Source of the DNA: Myxococcales bacterium
GTDB lineage: Bacteria; Myxococcota_A; Polyangia; Polyangiales; DASUME01
Assembly (NCBI GenBank): GCA_047601445.1
Contig: JASGJH010000001.1
Span: forward strand, 8,160,001 to 8,224,000
Direction of reading: 5' to 3'
DNA: 64,000 bases
Under the pieces are notes generated by a model. That model did not search any database and was not told the DNA's origin. It saw nothing but the letters and a program-made list of their open reading frames with translations. Each line of letters opens with the position of its first letter. Position 1 is the stretch's first letter. Positions 9,451 to 18,411 of the stretch are shown in pieces. A program made the translations under genes and the position numbers.

Positions 9451-10356
9451 ATGAACAGCACGGCCCCCAGCCAGAACTTCGTCGTTCGCTATTTCCATCT
9501 CCAGGCTTGGCCCTTCTGGGCAGCTCACGTGGGCATGATCTACGGGCTGTTCTCGCTCGGCTTCTCCTGGAGCGGGCTCGCGCTGGCCATCGCGCTCTAC
9601 TACGCCCGGATGTTCTTCATCACCGGCGTCTATCACCGCTACTTCTCGCACCGCTCCTACAAGACCTCGCGCTGGTTCCAGTTCGTGATCGGTGCGCTCG
9701 GCGGCATGAGCGTGCAGAAAGGCGCGCTCTGGTGGGCCGGCCATCACCGCCACCACCACAAGTTCTCCGACCAGCCCGAAGACCTACACTCCCCGCGCGA
9801 GCAGGGCCTGTGGGAGTCGCACGTGGGTTGGATCGTGAGCGTCCAACACAACGAAACCCGCTACGACCTCATCCGCGACTTCGCCAAGTTCCCCGAGCTC
9901 GTGTGGCTCAACAAGTGGCACCTGGTGCCGGTCGCCGTGTACGCGGGTGCGCTCTACGCCATCGGCGGCATGTTCGCCTTCTTCTGGGGCTTCGTGGTGT
10001 CCACGGTACTGCTGTGGCACGGCACGTTCACCATCAACTCGCTCTCTCACGTGTTCGGCAAGCGTCGCTACGAGACCACCGACGACTCTCGCAACAACTG
10101 GTTCCTCGCGATGCTCACCATGGGTGAGGGCTGGCACAACAACCATCACCACTACCAGAGCACGGCCAACCAGGGCTTCTACTGGTGGGAGATCGATCTC
10201 AGCTATTACATCCTGTGCGCGCTGGCCAAGGTCGGCCTCGTGTGGGATCTGCGCAAGCCTCCCCAGTGGGTCCTCGACGCGGGTCGCGGCAAGCCTGCGG
10301 CAGCCCCTGTCCCGTCCGACGAAGGCCTGGCTGGCCTGGTCGATCCGGCCGAGTAA
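9451..10356 (+). CDS. Delta-9-type acyl-lipid/acyl-CoA fatty acid desaturase
   Basis: His boxes HRYFSH, HHRHHH, GEGWHNNHH; INSLSH; WWEIDL. Confidence 0.93.
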   Translation: MNSTAPSQNFVVRYFHLQAWPFWAAHVGMIYGLFSLGFSWSGLALAIALYYARMFFITGVYHRYFSHRSYKTSRWFQFVIGALGGMSVQKGALWWAGHHRHHHKFSDQPEDLHSPREQGLWESHVGWIVSVQHNETRYDLIRDFAKFPELVWLNKWHLVPVAVYAGALYAIGGMFAFFWGFVVSTVLLWHGTFTINSLSHVFGKRRYETTDDSRNNWFLAMLTMGEGWHNNHHHYQSTANQGFYWWEIDLSYYILCALAKVGLVWDLRKPPQWVLDAGRGKPAAAPVPSDEGLAGLVDPAE

Positions 10357-10416
10357 GCATCCTGCATCGCTCGGCGCGGTTCGACTGCAGCGCGAACTGA
10401 ACGCTGTTCAAGATCT

Positions 10417-10455
10417 AAAAAGAGGCGCGATCACCCCGATCGTGCGCTTTTTTTT
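10417..10455. terminator. Bidirectional intrinsic terminator between convergent desaturase and MarR genes
   Basis: AAAAAG-AGGCGCGATC-ACCCC-GATCGTGCGC-TTTTTTTT. Confidence 0.75.
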
Positions 10456-10475
10456 ATGAGAACCTTCTCAGGTTC

Positions 10476-11012
10476 TCAGGCGTCGTCGTGACCCGAACCC
10501 AGGGCATCCGGGTGGAAAGCACTGCGGGCCACCGCACAAGGCGGCTCACGCAGCGTCCCCAGGAGGCGGTTCAGGGTCTTCAGATCTTCCTGGCTCATGT
10601 GCCCAAAACGGGCCTTTAGCGCCTCGGCCAGCGGACCGCGTACGGCCTCCACCTTGGACCGACCAGCATCGGTCAGATACGTGCGAACCACGCGGCGGTC
10701 GTCGCAGCACCGCTCGCGCCGGATCATCCCTGCTTGCTCAAGGCGATCCAGCAGACGCGTGATGTCCGGCACGCGGTTCAAGAGCTGCTCCGCAATAGCC
10801 TGACAGGCTACTCCGCCGCCGCACGAGGCCAGTGCCTTGAGCACGTTGTACTGCTGGGGCGTGAGGTCGAAACGCTGGAAGAACTTGGTCAGTTCTGACC
10901 ACAGCGAGTCGTACGCACGCAACAGGCTTGCGAGCACGTCTTGGCCCGCATCGCACTGTGTATCTAGTGTGGGATGTTCGGTCACCACGTTTGGGATTGT
11001 TGAGGCAGTCAT
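10476..11012 (-). CDS. MarR family transcriptional regulator (Cys-rich)
   Basis: LTPQQYNVL, VPDITRLLDRLE, DRRVV..LT..G winged-helix motifs. Confidence 0.92.
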   Translation of the reverse strand: MTASTIPNVVTEHPTLDTQCDAGQDVLASLLRAYDSLWSELTKFFQRFDLTPQQYNVLKALASCGGGVACQAIAEQLLNRVPDITRLLDRLEQAGMIRRERCCDDRRVVRTYLTDAGRSKVEAVRGPLAEALKARFGHMSQEDLKTLNRLLGTLREPPCAVARSAFHPDALGSGHDDA

Positions 11013-11178
11013 GGCTCTGTCAACGACCGTTTGGGTGCTTTCTTATCAACATACATTTGCTCGCACCGAAGCCCCACCATATCTTGTTAAGACGAGCTTC
11101 TTGTAGCTTCCGTGCGAAGAGCCGCAGCTCCGGCTGACCAACTACTTCGCGCGCCTTGTGAAAGTACCCTAGTTTGAG

Positions 11179-11862
11179 GTGACGATGAGGTTCCGGGTCC
11201 TGTTGGTGGACGACGACGAGGCCGCGCTCGCGCTCGCGGCGGCTCTCGCTGATGCTCCTTACGAAGTGCTGACTGCTCGCTCGGCGGCGGAAGCGCTCAA
11301 GGTGCTGGAGCGCGAAGATGTGCAGGTCGTGGTGTCCGACGAATGGATGCCTGGGATGCGCGGCGTGGAGCTGCTTGCCCAGGTCGCCAAGGAATACCCC
11401 TACATTGTGCGTATTCTGCTTACCGGCGATCCCCAGCTGGACGCGGCGGTGCGGGCGATCAACGAAGGCGAAATCTTTCGCTTCCTGACCAAGCCCTGCT
11501 CGCCGACCACGCTGGACTCGGTGATTCGCGAGGCGCTGATCCGGCAGTCCCGCGGGAAGCTTCAGGAAGACCTGATGCGCGTGGCAGGACAGGGCATCGA
11601 GCACCTGCAGCGCATCGAAGGCCTTTCGTCGGGCGGCGGAGCGGGCGCGGGTCTGGACGTTGGAGGTCCGGAGATCACGCTCGATCAGCTCAGCAAGCGC
11701 GAGCGAGAGATCGTGGAAACCCTGCTCGGGGAAGGCAGCGTCACCGGCGTCGCCACGAACCTCCACATCAGCCTCCACACGGTGCGAAACCACCTCAAGT
11801 CCATCTTCCGCAAGCTCGGCGTCCACTCCCAGGTCGAGCTGGTCACCAAACTCAAGCGCTGA
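11179..11862 (+). CDS. Response regulator with C-terminal LuxR/NarL HTH
   Basis: VLLVDDD, VVSDEWMPG, ILLTG, FLTKP; LSKREREIV..ISLHTVRNHLKSIFRKLGV. Confidence 0.92.
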   Translation: MTMRFRVLLVDDDEAALALAAALADAPYEVLTARSAAEALKVLEREDVQVVVSDEWMPGMRGVELLAQVAKEYPYIVRILLTGDPQLDAAVRAINEGEIFRFLTKPCSPTTLDSVIREALIRQSRGKLQEDLMRVAGQGIEHLQRIEGLSSGGGAGAGLDVGGPEITLDQLSKREREIVETLLGEGSVTGVATNLHISLHTVRNHLKSIFRKLGVHSQVELVTKLKR

Positions 11863-11901
11863 TCCTGCAAGGTTCCTTGCGGGTGTCCAGCCGAGTCGCA
11901 G

Positions 11902-12474
11902 TCAGCCCTGGAGCTGACTGCGATTTTCGGTGTGTTGCTGTTCGCGGAGGGAGGCGTCGCGCAGTCCACGCGCCTCCACGCCGCTGGCCAGCAGGGCGGC
12001 TTCCAGCTTGTGCCGGCCGCGGTGGAGCAGCACCCGCAGGTGGCCGCGGGTCACGCCCATGCGTGCGCTCGCCTCGTCCCGATCCATGTCCTGCACGTCG
12101 CAGAGCGTGATCGCGGTACGCTCGAGCTCGCTGAGCTCGGTCATCGCCCGGGAGGCAATTTCGGCGGCTTCATAGGCGTCCAGGCGGTCTTCGGGGGCGT
12201 TCTGCTCCCAGGCCACCTTCTCCTCCTCGAGCAGCTCCGACGGGCGCTCGCGGCGGAAGCGGTCCGCGATGCGGCGGCGCAAGATACTCACCAGCCAGGT
12301 GCGCAAGCTCGACCGGCCCTCGAAGCTTGGCACCGTCTTGAGAGCGCTGATCCAGGTGTCCTGGACCAGATCTTCAGCTTCCTCGCGCTGGCGCACCGCG
12401 CGGTAAGCAAAAGCGAAAAGACCAGGACTGAGTTCCTGGATGGTGGCCGCATTGATGATCGCCATACTGGCCAT
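11902..12474 (-). CDS. ECF-type RNA polymerase sigma factor
   Basis: AEDLVQDTW, FEGRSSLRTWL (region 2); LLHRGR (region 4). Confidence 0.92.
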   Translation of the reverse strand: MASMAIINAATIQELSPGLFAFAYRAVRQREEAEDLVQDTWISALKTVPSFEGRSSLRTWLVSILRRRIADRFRRERPSELLEEEKVAWEQNAPEDRLDAYEAAEIASRAMTELSELERTAITLCDVQDMDRDEASARMGVTRGHLRVLLHRGRHKLEAALLASGVEARGLRDASLREQQHTENRSQLQG

Positions 12475-12787
12475 GGTCTGGGTTCTCCGAGTTGCTTGTT
12501 GTCACGACTATGTGGCCGACGATTATTCGTGTCAACGGATATTGTGCGGACGAAAGAACCGTGTCCCCCCTCCAGGTACACGCGCGCGTAGCCGGCGTAC
12601 CCCCCCGCGAGCAATTTCGGGGGCCTGGATGTGCGCACTGCTGACGCCCTGCGGACCAAGGCCGTGTGGTATAGGAGCCGTCCGCCGGGGGAACAGGGCC
12701 CTCCATGCCCTACAAAGCGTGGTGGGCGTCGGCAGGAGGCATCCTGCCGGCCGTGACTGGGCAGTACTTCGGTCCCACGCGGCACGT

Positions 12788-12882
12788 GAGAGCGCGTGAG
12801 AGACGCGTGATCAGAGAGCGCGTGAAGGACGCGCTACCGGAGAGCGCGAGAGGGACGCGGCGGGGCAACAAGCGAGGACGCG
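12788..12882 (+). repeat. Imperfect tandem array GAGAGCGCG-N5-GACGCG, period 26 bp, three copies plus a partial
   Basis: GAGAGCGCG at 12788, 12814, 12840; GACGCG at 12802, 12828, 12854, 12877. Confidence 0.8.
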
Positions 12883-12920
12883 CCGACAGGGCGCGCCAGC
12901 ATCACAAGGAGGCACGGCAC

Positions 12921-13559
12921 ATGGGCTTGCACATTGGCAGCATCGCGCCTGATTTCACCGCAGAGTCGAGTGAAGGGACCATCAAGTTCCACGACTACTT
13001 GGGCAAGAGCTGGGGCGTTCTGTTCTCGCATCCCAAGGACTTCACGCCCGTTTGCACGACCGAACTTGGCTACGCCGCCAAGCGCAAGGCTGACTTCGAG
13101 AAGCGCAACGTGAAGGTGATCGCCCTCTCGGTCGACCCCGTGGATAGTCATCGTGGCTGGATCTCCGACATCGAAGAGACCCAGGGCGCCAAGATGAACT
13201 ACCCGATCATCGCGGACAGCGATCGCAAGGTCTCGACGCTCTACGACATGATCCATCCAGAAGCGAACGACACGTTCACCGTACGCTCGGTGTTCTTCGT
13301 CGATCCCAACAAGAAGATCCGCGCGATGATCACGTACCCGGCCAGCACGGGCCGCAATTTCGACGAAATCCTGCGCGTGATCGACTCCCTGCAGCTCACC
13401 GATGGCTACTCCGTGGCGACCCCGGTGAACTGGAAGGACGGCGAGGACTGCGTGATTGTCCCGTCGCTCCAGGACCCCGAGGTGTTGAAGCAGAAGTTCC
13501 CCAAGGGCTACAAGGTCGTCCGGCCCTATTTGCGCCTCACACCTCAACCCAATAAATGA
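12921..13559 (+). CDS. 1-Cys peroxiredoxin (Prx6 family)
   Basis: AGGAGG RBS before ATG 12921; FSHPKDFTPVCTTELG, YPASTGRNFDEILRVIDSLQL. Confidence 0.96.
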   Translation: MGLHIGSIAPDFTAESSEGTIKFHDYLGKSWGVLFSHPKDFTPVCTTELGYAAKRKADFEKRNVKVIALSVDPVDSHRGWISDIEETQGAKMNYPIIADSDRKVSTLYDMIHPEANDTFTVRSVFFVDPNKKIRAMITYPASTGRNFDEILRVIDSLQLTDGYSVATPVNWKDGEDCVIVPSLQDPEVLKQKFPKGYKVVRPYLRLTPQPNK

Positions 13560-13596
13560 GAGCCCACAAGGTTCAAACAAGGCCAAGGAGCGCCTC

Positions 13597-14178
13597 GTGA
13601 TCACGCTGAAGTCTTTCGTGTTGGGTAGCCTGGGTGGAGCGTCCCTCTTGGCATCGGTGGCCTGCGGCGGCGCCGCGGCTCCGAAGCAAGCGCCTACCCC
13701 GGTGGAGAGTCAGCCGAGCGCCGCACCGGCGCCACAATCAACGTGGGAGCCGCCTCCGCTCCCCACGGACGATCCCAAGGGCGCCATCGCTTTGCTCGGT
13801 GGCATCTCGGGGCCGGAAAAAGCCTGGGACACCATGAGTCACGACGAGAAGGAGTGGTACATGGTCGGCAAGGTGCACCCGATCATGCGCCAGGTGTTCC
13901 AGACCTTCGATCAGGCTCGCTACGAAGGCGACAAGTTCGAGTGCGCTCCGTGCCACGAGCCGAACTTCGAGGTCACCAAGTACAAGATGCCGAACCCCAA
14001 GCTCTCTCCGGTGCCTGCCTTTGGCAGCGCCGATTGGAAGGCCATGGAGAACGCGCGCATCGTGAAGTTCATGCAGCAACGCGTGACGCCGGTCATGGCG
14101 CAGCTCCTCGGGCACGACCCGAACGATGCGAGCCAGGGCGACGCTGTCACCTGCTACGCCTGTCATCCGAAGTCATGA
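13597..14178 (+). CDS. Di-heme c-type cytochrome lipoprotein
   Basis: Lipobox SVAC; Pro-rich linker; two CxxCH motifs (CAPCH, CYACH). Confidence 0.8.
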   Translation: MITLKSFVLGSLGGASLLASVACGGAAAPKQAPTPVESQPSAAPAPQSTWEPPPLPTDDPKGAIALLGGISGPEKAWDTMSHDEKEWYMVGKVHPIMRQVFQTFDQARYEGDKFECAPCHEPNFEVTKYKMPNPKLSPVPAFGSADWKAMENARIVKFMQQRVTPVMAQLLGHDPNDASQGDAVTCYACHPKS

Positions 14179-14927
14179 GTGAGAGTGGCGCGTCCGCAAT
14201 TGCCGAGGAGACGGCCTTCACCGTCGTGAAGGGCGATCCGGACGCGCCGGTCTTCATCACCTGCGAGCACGCCAGCCAGCGTTTGCCGGCGCCTTGGAGT
14301 TGGCCGGAGGCCGATCAGCGATTGGTGGGCACGCACTGGGCCTACGACCTCGGGGCGCGCGAGATCACGCTCGAGCTCGCCGCCGCGCTGCGGGCCACGG
14401 CCGTGCTCGCCGAATTCTCGCGCTTGCTGGTGGACGCGAATCGCGCCGAAGGCCACCCCGACCTGTTTCGACCCGTCGCAGACGGCGAGCTCGTGATGCT
14501 CAACCAGAGCCTGAGTCCGAGCGAGCGCGAGCTTCGCATGCATCGCTACCATCGCCCCTATCACCAGGCGGTGGATACCGCGCTGCTCGATGCACGGGCG
14601 CCGTTGTTGTTCTCGGTGCACAGCTTTACGCCGGTGTACGAAGGAACCATCCGCAACGTGGAGCTCGGTGTCCTCTACGATGAGCAGGAGGAGCATGCGT
14701 TCGCGCTCGGCGCAGCGCTGGCGCGCGAGCTTCCCAACGTGGCCTACAACGAGCCTTGGTCTGGCAAAGACGGTCTGATCTACTCCGCGGAGGTTCACTC
14801 GCGGCGCAACCAGCGCGTCGCGCTGGAGATCGAGGTGCGCCAGGATCTGGCGGTCGATCCGAGCTACCGCGCGCGCTTGATCCCGTTGCTCGCCGACTAC
14901 ATTTCCCAAACCTTCGTGGTGCGCTGA
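14175..14927 (+). CDS. N-formylglutamate amidohydrolase family protein
   Basis: ITCEHAS, HWAYDLGA, SRLLVDANR, SVHSFTP, YNEPW, EIEVRQDL; ATGA overlap with upstream gene. Confidence 0.9.
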   Translation: MSESGASAIAEETAFTVVKGDPDAPVFITCEHASQRLPAPWSWPEADQRLVGTHWAYDLGAREITLELAAALRATAVLAEFSRLLVDANRAEGHPDLFRPVADGELVMLNQSLSPSERELRMHRYHRPYHQAVDTALLDARAPLLFSVHSFTPVYEGTIRNVELGVLYDEQEEHAFALGAALARELPNVAYNEPWSGKDGLIYSAEVHSRRNQRVALEIEVRQDLAVDPSYRARLIPLLADYISQTFVVR

Positions 14928-14931
14928 AGGC

Positions 14932-15462
14932 TCACTGCTCGCCAAGCCGCGGCAACAGCTCGGCGAAGTTGCAGGGGCGATAGCGACTGTCGAGCTGCTG
15001 TCCGAGGATCAAATCCCAGGCATCTCGGCAAGCGCCCGGAGAGCCAGGCAGCGCGAACACGTACTTGCCGCGCGCCACCGCGCCCAGGGCCCGTGACTGG
15101 ATGGTGGAGGTGCCGATCAGCGCGTAGCTCAGCTGTCGGAAGAGCTCGCCGAAGCCCGGGATTTCCTTGTCGGCAACCGAGTGCACCGCCTCGGGGGTCA
15201 CGTCGCGCCCGGTGATGCCCGTGCCGCCCGTGGTGAGGATGACCTGGACGCGTTCGTCCTCCAGCAAGCGGCGAAGTTCGGCTTCGATCGCGGGCTGGTC
15301 GTCGCGCACGAGATTGCGGCTGTGCAGGACGTGACCGGCGGCACTCAGCTTCTCGGCCAACACGGTGCCGGAGCGATCGTCGGCCAGGCTGCGCGTGTCG
15401 GAAACGGTCAACACGGCGATCGTGAGTGGAACGAAGGTGCGGCTCTCGTCGATGCCAGGCAT
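14932..15462 (-). CDS. moaB: Molybdenum cofactor biosynthesis protein B
   Basis: VLTVSDTR, TTGGTGITGRDVTPEA, IPGFGELFR, LPGSPGACRDAW, PCNF. Confidence 0.95.
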   Translation of the reverse strand: MPGIDESRTFVPLTIAVLTVSDTRSLADDRSGTVLAEKLSAAGHVLHSRNLVRDDQPAIEAELRRLLEDERVQVILTTGGTGITGRDVTPEAVHSVADKEIPGFGELFRQLSYALIGTSTIQSRALGAVARGKYVFALPGSPGACRDAWDLILGQQLDSRYRPCNFAELLPRLGEQ

Positions 15463-15482
15463 GGCGGATCCTTTGCGCGCGG

Positions 15483-16496
15483 TCAGGGCGCCTGGCAGGC
15501 AGGCTCCGTGAGCTCCAGCGTAGCGCGCAGCGTGCGCTGTGCTTGCGGGGCGAGTGGCTCGTCCATCGACATCGCCGTGACGCGGAGCCAGCCACGCAGC
15601 AAGAGATGTTCATGGGGTAGACCCAGGGGACCGAGCGAGGCCGGCGTGCTCGGCATGCGCCCGTAGCCGACGCGACCGTCGCGTAGATCCTGGGCGCGTG
15701 TCACGGCCTGGACGTCGGCGGTCGAGGGGGCGCTCCCCAGTTGTCCCAGCCAAATGCTGCGGGCATCGCTCGTGCGCTTTTGCAGGCCACGCAACCGCTG
15801 GGAGCGCGCGTCGCGCACGCCGTAGGTGAACACGGACGGCACGCTGAGGGGCTGCACGCTGAGTTCGCAGCGGTTGATCTTGAGCTGGGCGACCGACCTG
15901 GGGGCTTTGGCGCGGCGCGGGCCGGCCGGCTCGAGGAGTTCGCGTCGAACGAACAGCGCCCAGGTGGAGCCCGGCACGGGTCCGTGGATGACCCGATAGT
16001 TGCGCAGCGTGTCTTCTGCGCGCAAGGAAGTGAGCGCCGCGCCATCGTTGGCGCTCAGCACCGCGAGATTGACCTTGTGCGAGACGAGCTCGGTGAGCAG
16101 CTCTGCCGGCGTGAGTGTGGCCGCTCCGAGATGGGCACCGAGGACGCGAAGGGTAGGGCCAGAAGACGGCGTGGGCCGCGTACTGCGTGCGAGCGAGAGG
16201 GCAGGAAGGCCCCAGGAGATCACGAGCAACACGCAGACTGCGAGCGCCAGCCAGGCCCGCCGCAAGGCCGCGTATACACCGAGCCCGAGCGCCACCAGGC
16301 ACAACTGGAAGCCGAGTTCTTCCATCACCGTGCCTAGCCAGAACATCCCGCCCAAGCGGCCGAGGCCCGCCGCGCACAAGCAGCCCAGCACCGCCCAGCT
16401 CAGCCAGTGCGGCTCCAGATTCAGCGTGGCCCAGCCGGCCCAGCTGCCGCGCCGAGCCACAGCTCGTTTGGTGCGCTTGGGAGGGCGGGCTGCCAC
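15483..16496 (-). CDS. Membrane-anchored endonuclease/exonuclease/phosphatase (EEP)-fold protein, degenerate active site
   Basis: Three N-terminal hydrophobic helices, then LRVLGAHL, VNLAVLS, IWLGQLGSAP, LGLPHEHLLL in EEP order but without the canonical N/E/D/H residues. Confidence 0.55.
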   Translation of the reverse strand: MAARPPKRTKRAVARRGSWAGWATLNLEPHWLSWAVLGCLCAAGLGRLGGMFWLGTVMEELGFQLCLVALGLGVYAALRRAWLALAVCVLLVISWGLPALSLARSTRPTPSSGPTLRVLGAHLGAATLTPAELLTELVSHKVNLAVLSANDGAALTSLRAEDTLRNYRVIHGPVPGSTWALFVRRELLEPAGPRRAKAPRSVAQLKINRCELSVQPLSVPSVFTYGVRDARSQRLRGLQKRTSDARSIWLGQLGSAPSTADVQAVTRAQDLRDGRVGYGRMPSTPASLGPLGLPHEHLLLRGWLRVTAMSMDEPLAPQAQRTLRATLELTEPACQAP

Positions 16497-16497
16497 G

Positions 16498-18375
16498 TCA
16501 GGTCGAGGAGCCCGAGAGCAAGGCTTCCGCGCTCGTCGTCATCAAACGCGTCAGCCGCTTGGCCACGCGAGCCGGGTCGTCGATGGGGCTGCCCTCGGAG
16601 AGCAGGGCCTGATCGTAGAGGAGCTCGATGGCCTCCGTGACGGCCTCGCCTTGCGCGGTCTTCTCCTGCAGGCGCGATAGCGCGGAGACCAGCGGGTGCT
16701 TGGCATTGAGCTCCAGGATCCGCTTCTGTGGCGGCAGATCGGCCCCCTGCTGCATACGGAGCAAGCGCTCGATGTACGGCCCGAGGCCGCCCTCCGGCAC
16801 CACCAGACAGCTCGGCGAGTCCGTCAAGCGATCCGACAAGCGTACCTCGCTGATCTGCTCGCCGAGCACTTCGCGCACGCGTGCGAGCAGGCGCTCCGTG
16901 GCTTCGTCGGGTGCGGGCTTCTCTGCATCGCTCGCGCCGCTCTCGGACGGGTCGAGATCGAGCTTCTCGTCCATGGCCGAGACGAGCGGCTTGCCGTCGA
17001 ACTCGCCGAGACCTCGCACGACCCACTCGTCTACCGGGTCGACCATGAACAGAACTTCATAGCCACGCGCTCGCAGCGACTCGATGTGCGGGCTCGACTC
17101 GACGGTGCGACGGGAAGGCCCGAGCAGATAGAAGATGGAGCGCTGTGCCTCGGGCATGCGCTTGACGTAGTCCGCGAGGGAGGTGGTGGTCTCGGCCTTG
17201 CTGCTCTCGAAGCGCAGCAGCTTGGCGAGCCGGTCCTTGTACTCCGGATCGAGGTGCACGCCTTCCTTCAGCACCGAGCCGTAGTTCTTGAACAACGTCA
17301 CGTAGTCTTCGGGGCGCTTGTCCGCGATCTCCTCGAGTAGATCCAGAACTTGCTTGATCACCTGCTTGCGGATCACGCGCACGACCTTGGAATCCTGCAA
17401 GATCTCACGCGATACGTTGAGCGGCAGGTCCTCCGAGTCGATCACGCCGCGCACGAAGCGTAGCCAGCGCGGCAAGAGCTCCTTGAAGTCGTCCATGATG
17501 AAAACGCGCTTCACGTGCAGGCGTACGCCATGGCGCTCTTCGGGCGAGAACAGGTCGAACGGGGGGCGCTTCGGAATGAAGAGCAGACCGCTGAACTCCT
17601 GGGTACCCTCGACGTGGAAGTGCTTGCGCCCGAGGGGCGGTTCCCAGTCGTGTGTGAGGTGGCGGTAGAACTCGTCGTACTGCTCGTCGCTGATCTCACT
17701 TGGCCGACGCTGCCAGAGTGCGCTCGCCTGGTTGATGCGATCGAAACTCAGCGCATCGTCCTTCTTGCTGCCGAGCTCGATCGGGTAGCCGACGTAGTCC
17801 GAGTAGCGCGAGACCAGCTGGCGGATGCGCCCAGGATTGAGGAACTCGCGGTGCTCCTCCTTCAGATGCAGGATGACCGAGGTGCCGCGTCCTTCGCGCT
17901 CCACCTTCTCGATGGTGAAGCCCTGCTTGGCGTCCGACTCCCAGCGGTGGGCCTGCGACTCGCCGCGCTTCTTGCTGATCACGCTCACGCGGTCGGCCAC
18001 CAAGTACGCGCTGTAGAAGCCGACGCCGAACTGGCCGATCAAGTTGACGTCCTTCTTCTCCTTGACCTGCTTCAAGAACTCCTTGGAGCCCGAGTGCGCG
18101 ATGGTGCCGAGGTTCTTGATGAGCTCGGCTTCGTCCATGCCCACGCCGTTGTCGTCGATGGTGAGCGTCGCGCTCGCCTCGTCGGGGATCAGGCGGATTC
18201 GCAAGGGCTCTGCCGACTCGGCTGGGTTGGTGAGGGCGAGGAAGCGTTCCTTGTCGAGCGCGTCGGAGGCGTTCGAGAGGAGCTCACGCAGGAAGACCTC
18301 GGGGTGGCTGTATAGAGAGTTGATGACCAGGCCGAGGACTTCACTGACCTGGGCTTGAAAGGCGTGCTGTGTCAT
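16498..18375 (-). CDS. htpG: Molecular chaperone HtpG (Hsp90)
   Basis: FLRELLSNASDALDK, NLGTIAHSG, IGQFGVGFYS, DLPLNVSREILQ. Confidence 0.98.
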   Translation of the reverse strand: MTQHAFQAQVSEVLGLVINSLYSHPEVFLRELLSNASDALDKERFLALTNPAESAEPLRIRLIPDEASATLTIDDNGVGMDEAELIKNLGTIAHSGSKEFLKQVKEKKDVNLIGQFGVGFYSAYLVADRVSVISKKRGESQAHRWESDAKQGFTIEKVEREGRGTSVILHLKEEHREFLNPGRIRQLVSRYSDYVGYPIELGSKKDDALSFDRINQASALWQRRPSEISDEQYDEFYRHLTHDWEPPLGRKHFHVEGTQEFSGLLFIPKRPPFDLFSPEERHGVRLHVKRVFIMDDFKELLPRWLRFVRGVIDSEDLPLNVSREILQDSKVVRVIRKQVIKQVLDLLEEIADKRPEDYVTLFKNYGSVLKEGVHLDPEYKDRLAKLLRFESSKAETTTSLADYVKRMPEAQRSIFYLLGPSRRTVESSPHIESLRARGYEVLFMVDPVDEWVVRGLGEFDGKPLVSAMDEKLDLDPSESGASDAEKPAPDEATERLLARVREVLGEQISEVRLSDRLTDSPSCLVVPEGGLGPYIERLLRMQQGADLPPQKRILELNAKHPLVSALSRLQEKTAQGEAVTEAIELLYDQALLSEGSPIDDPARVAKRLTRLMTTSAEALLSGSST

Positions 18376-18411
18376 GGCTTGCCGCGAAAGTTGGTCATGC
18401 TCCCGGCCATG

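Noticed and set aside
12705..12920. N-terminal extension of the peroxiredoxin ORF
   Set aside because: A strong RBS and family homology begin at ATG 12921; the extension is translated repeat sequence.
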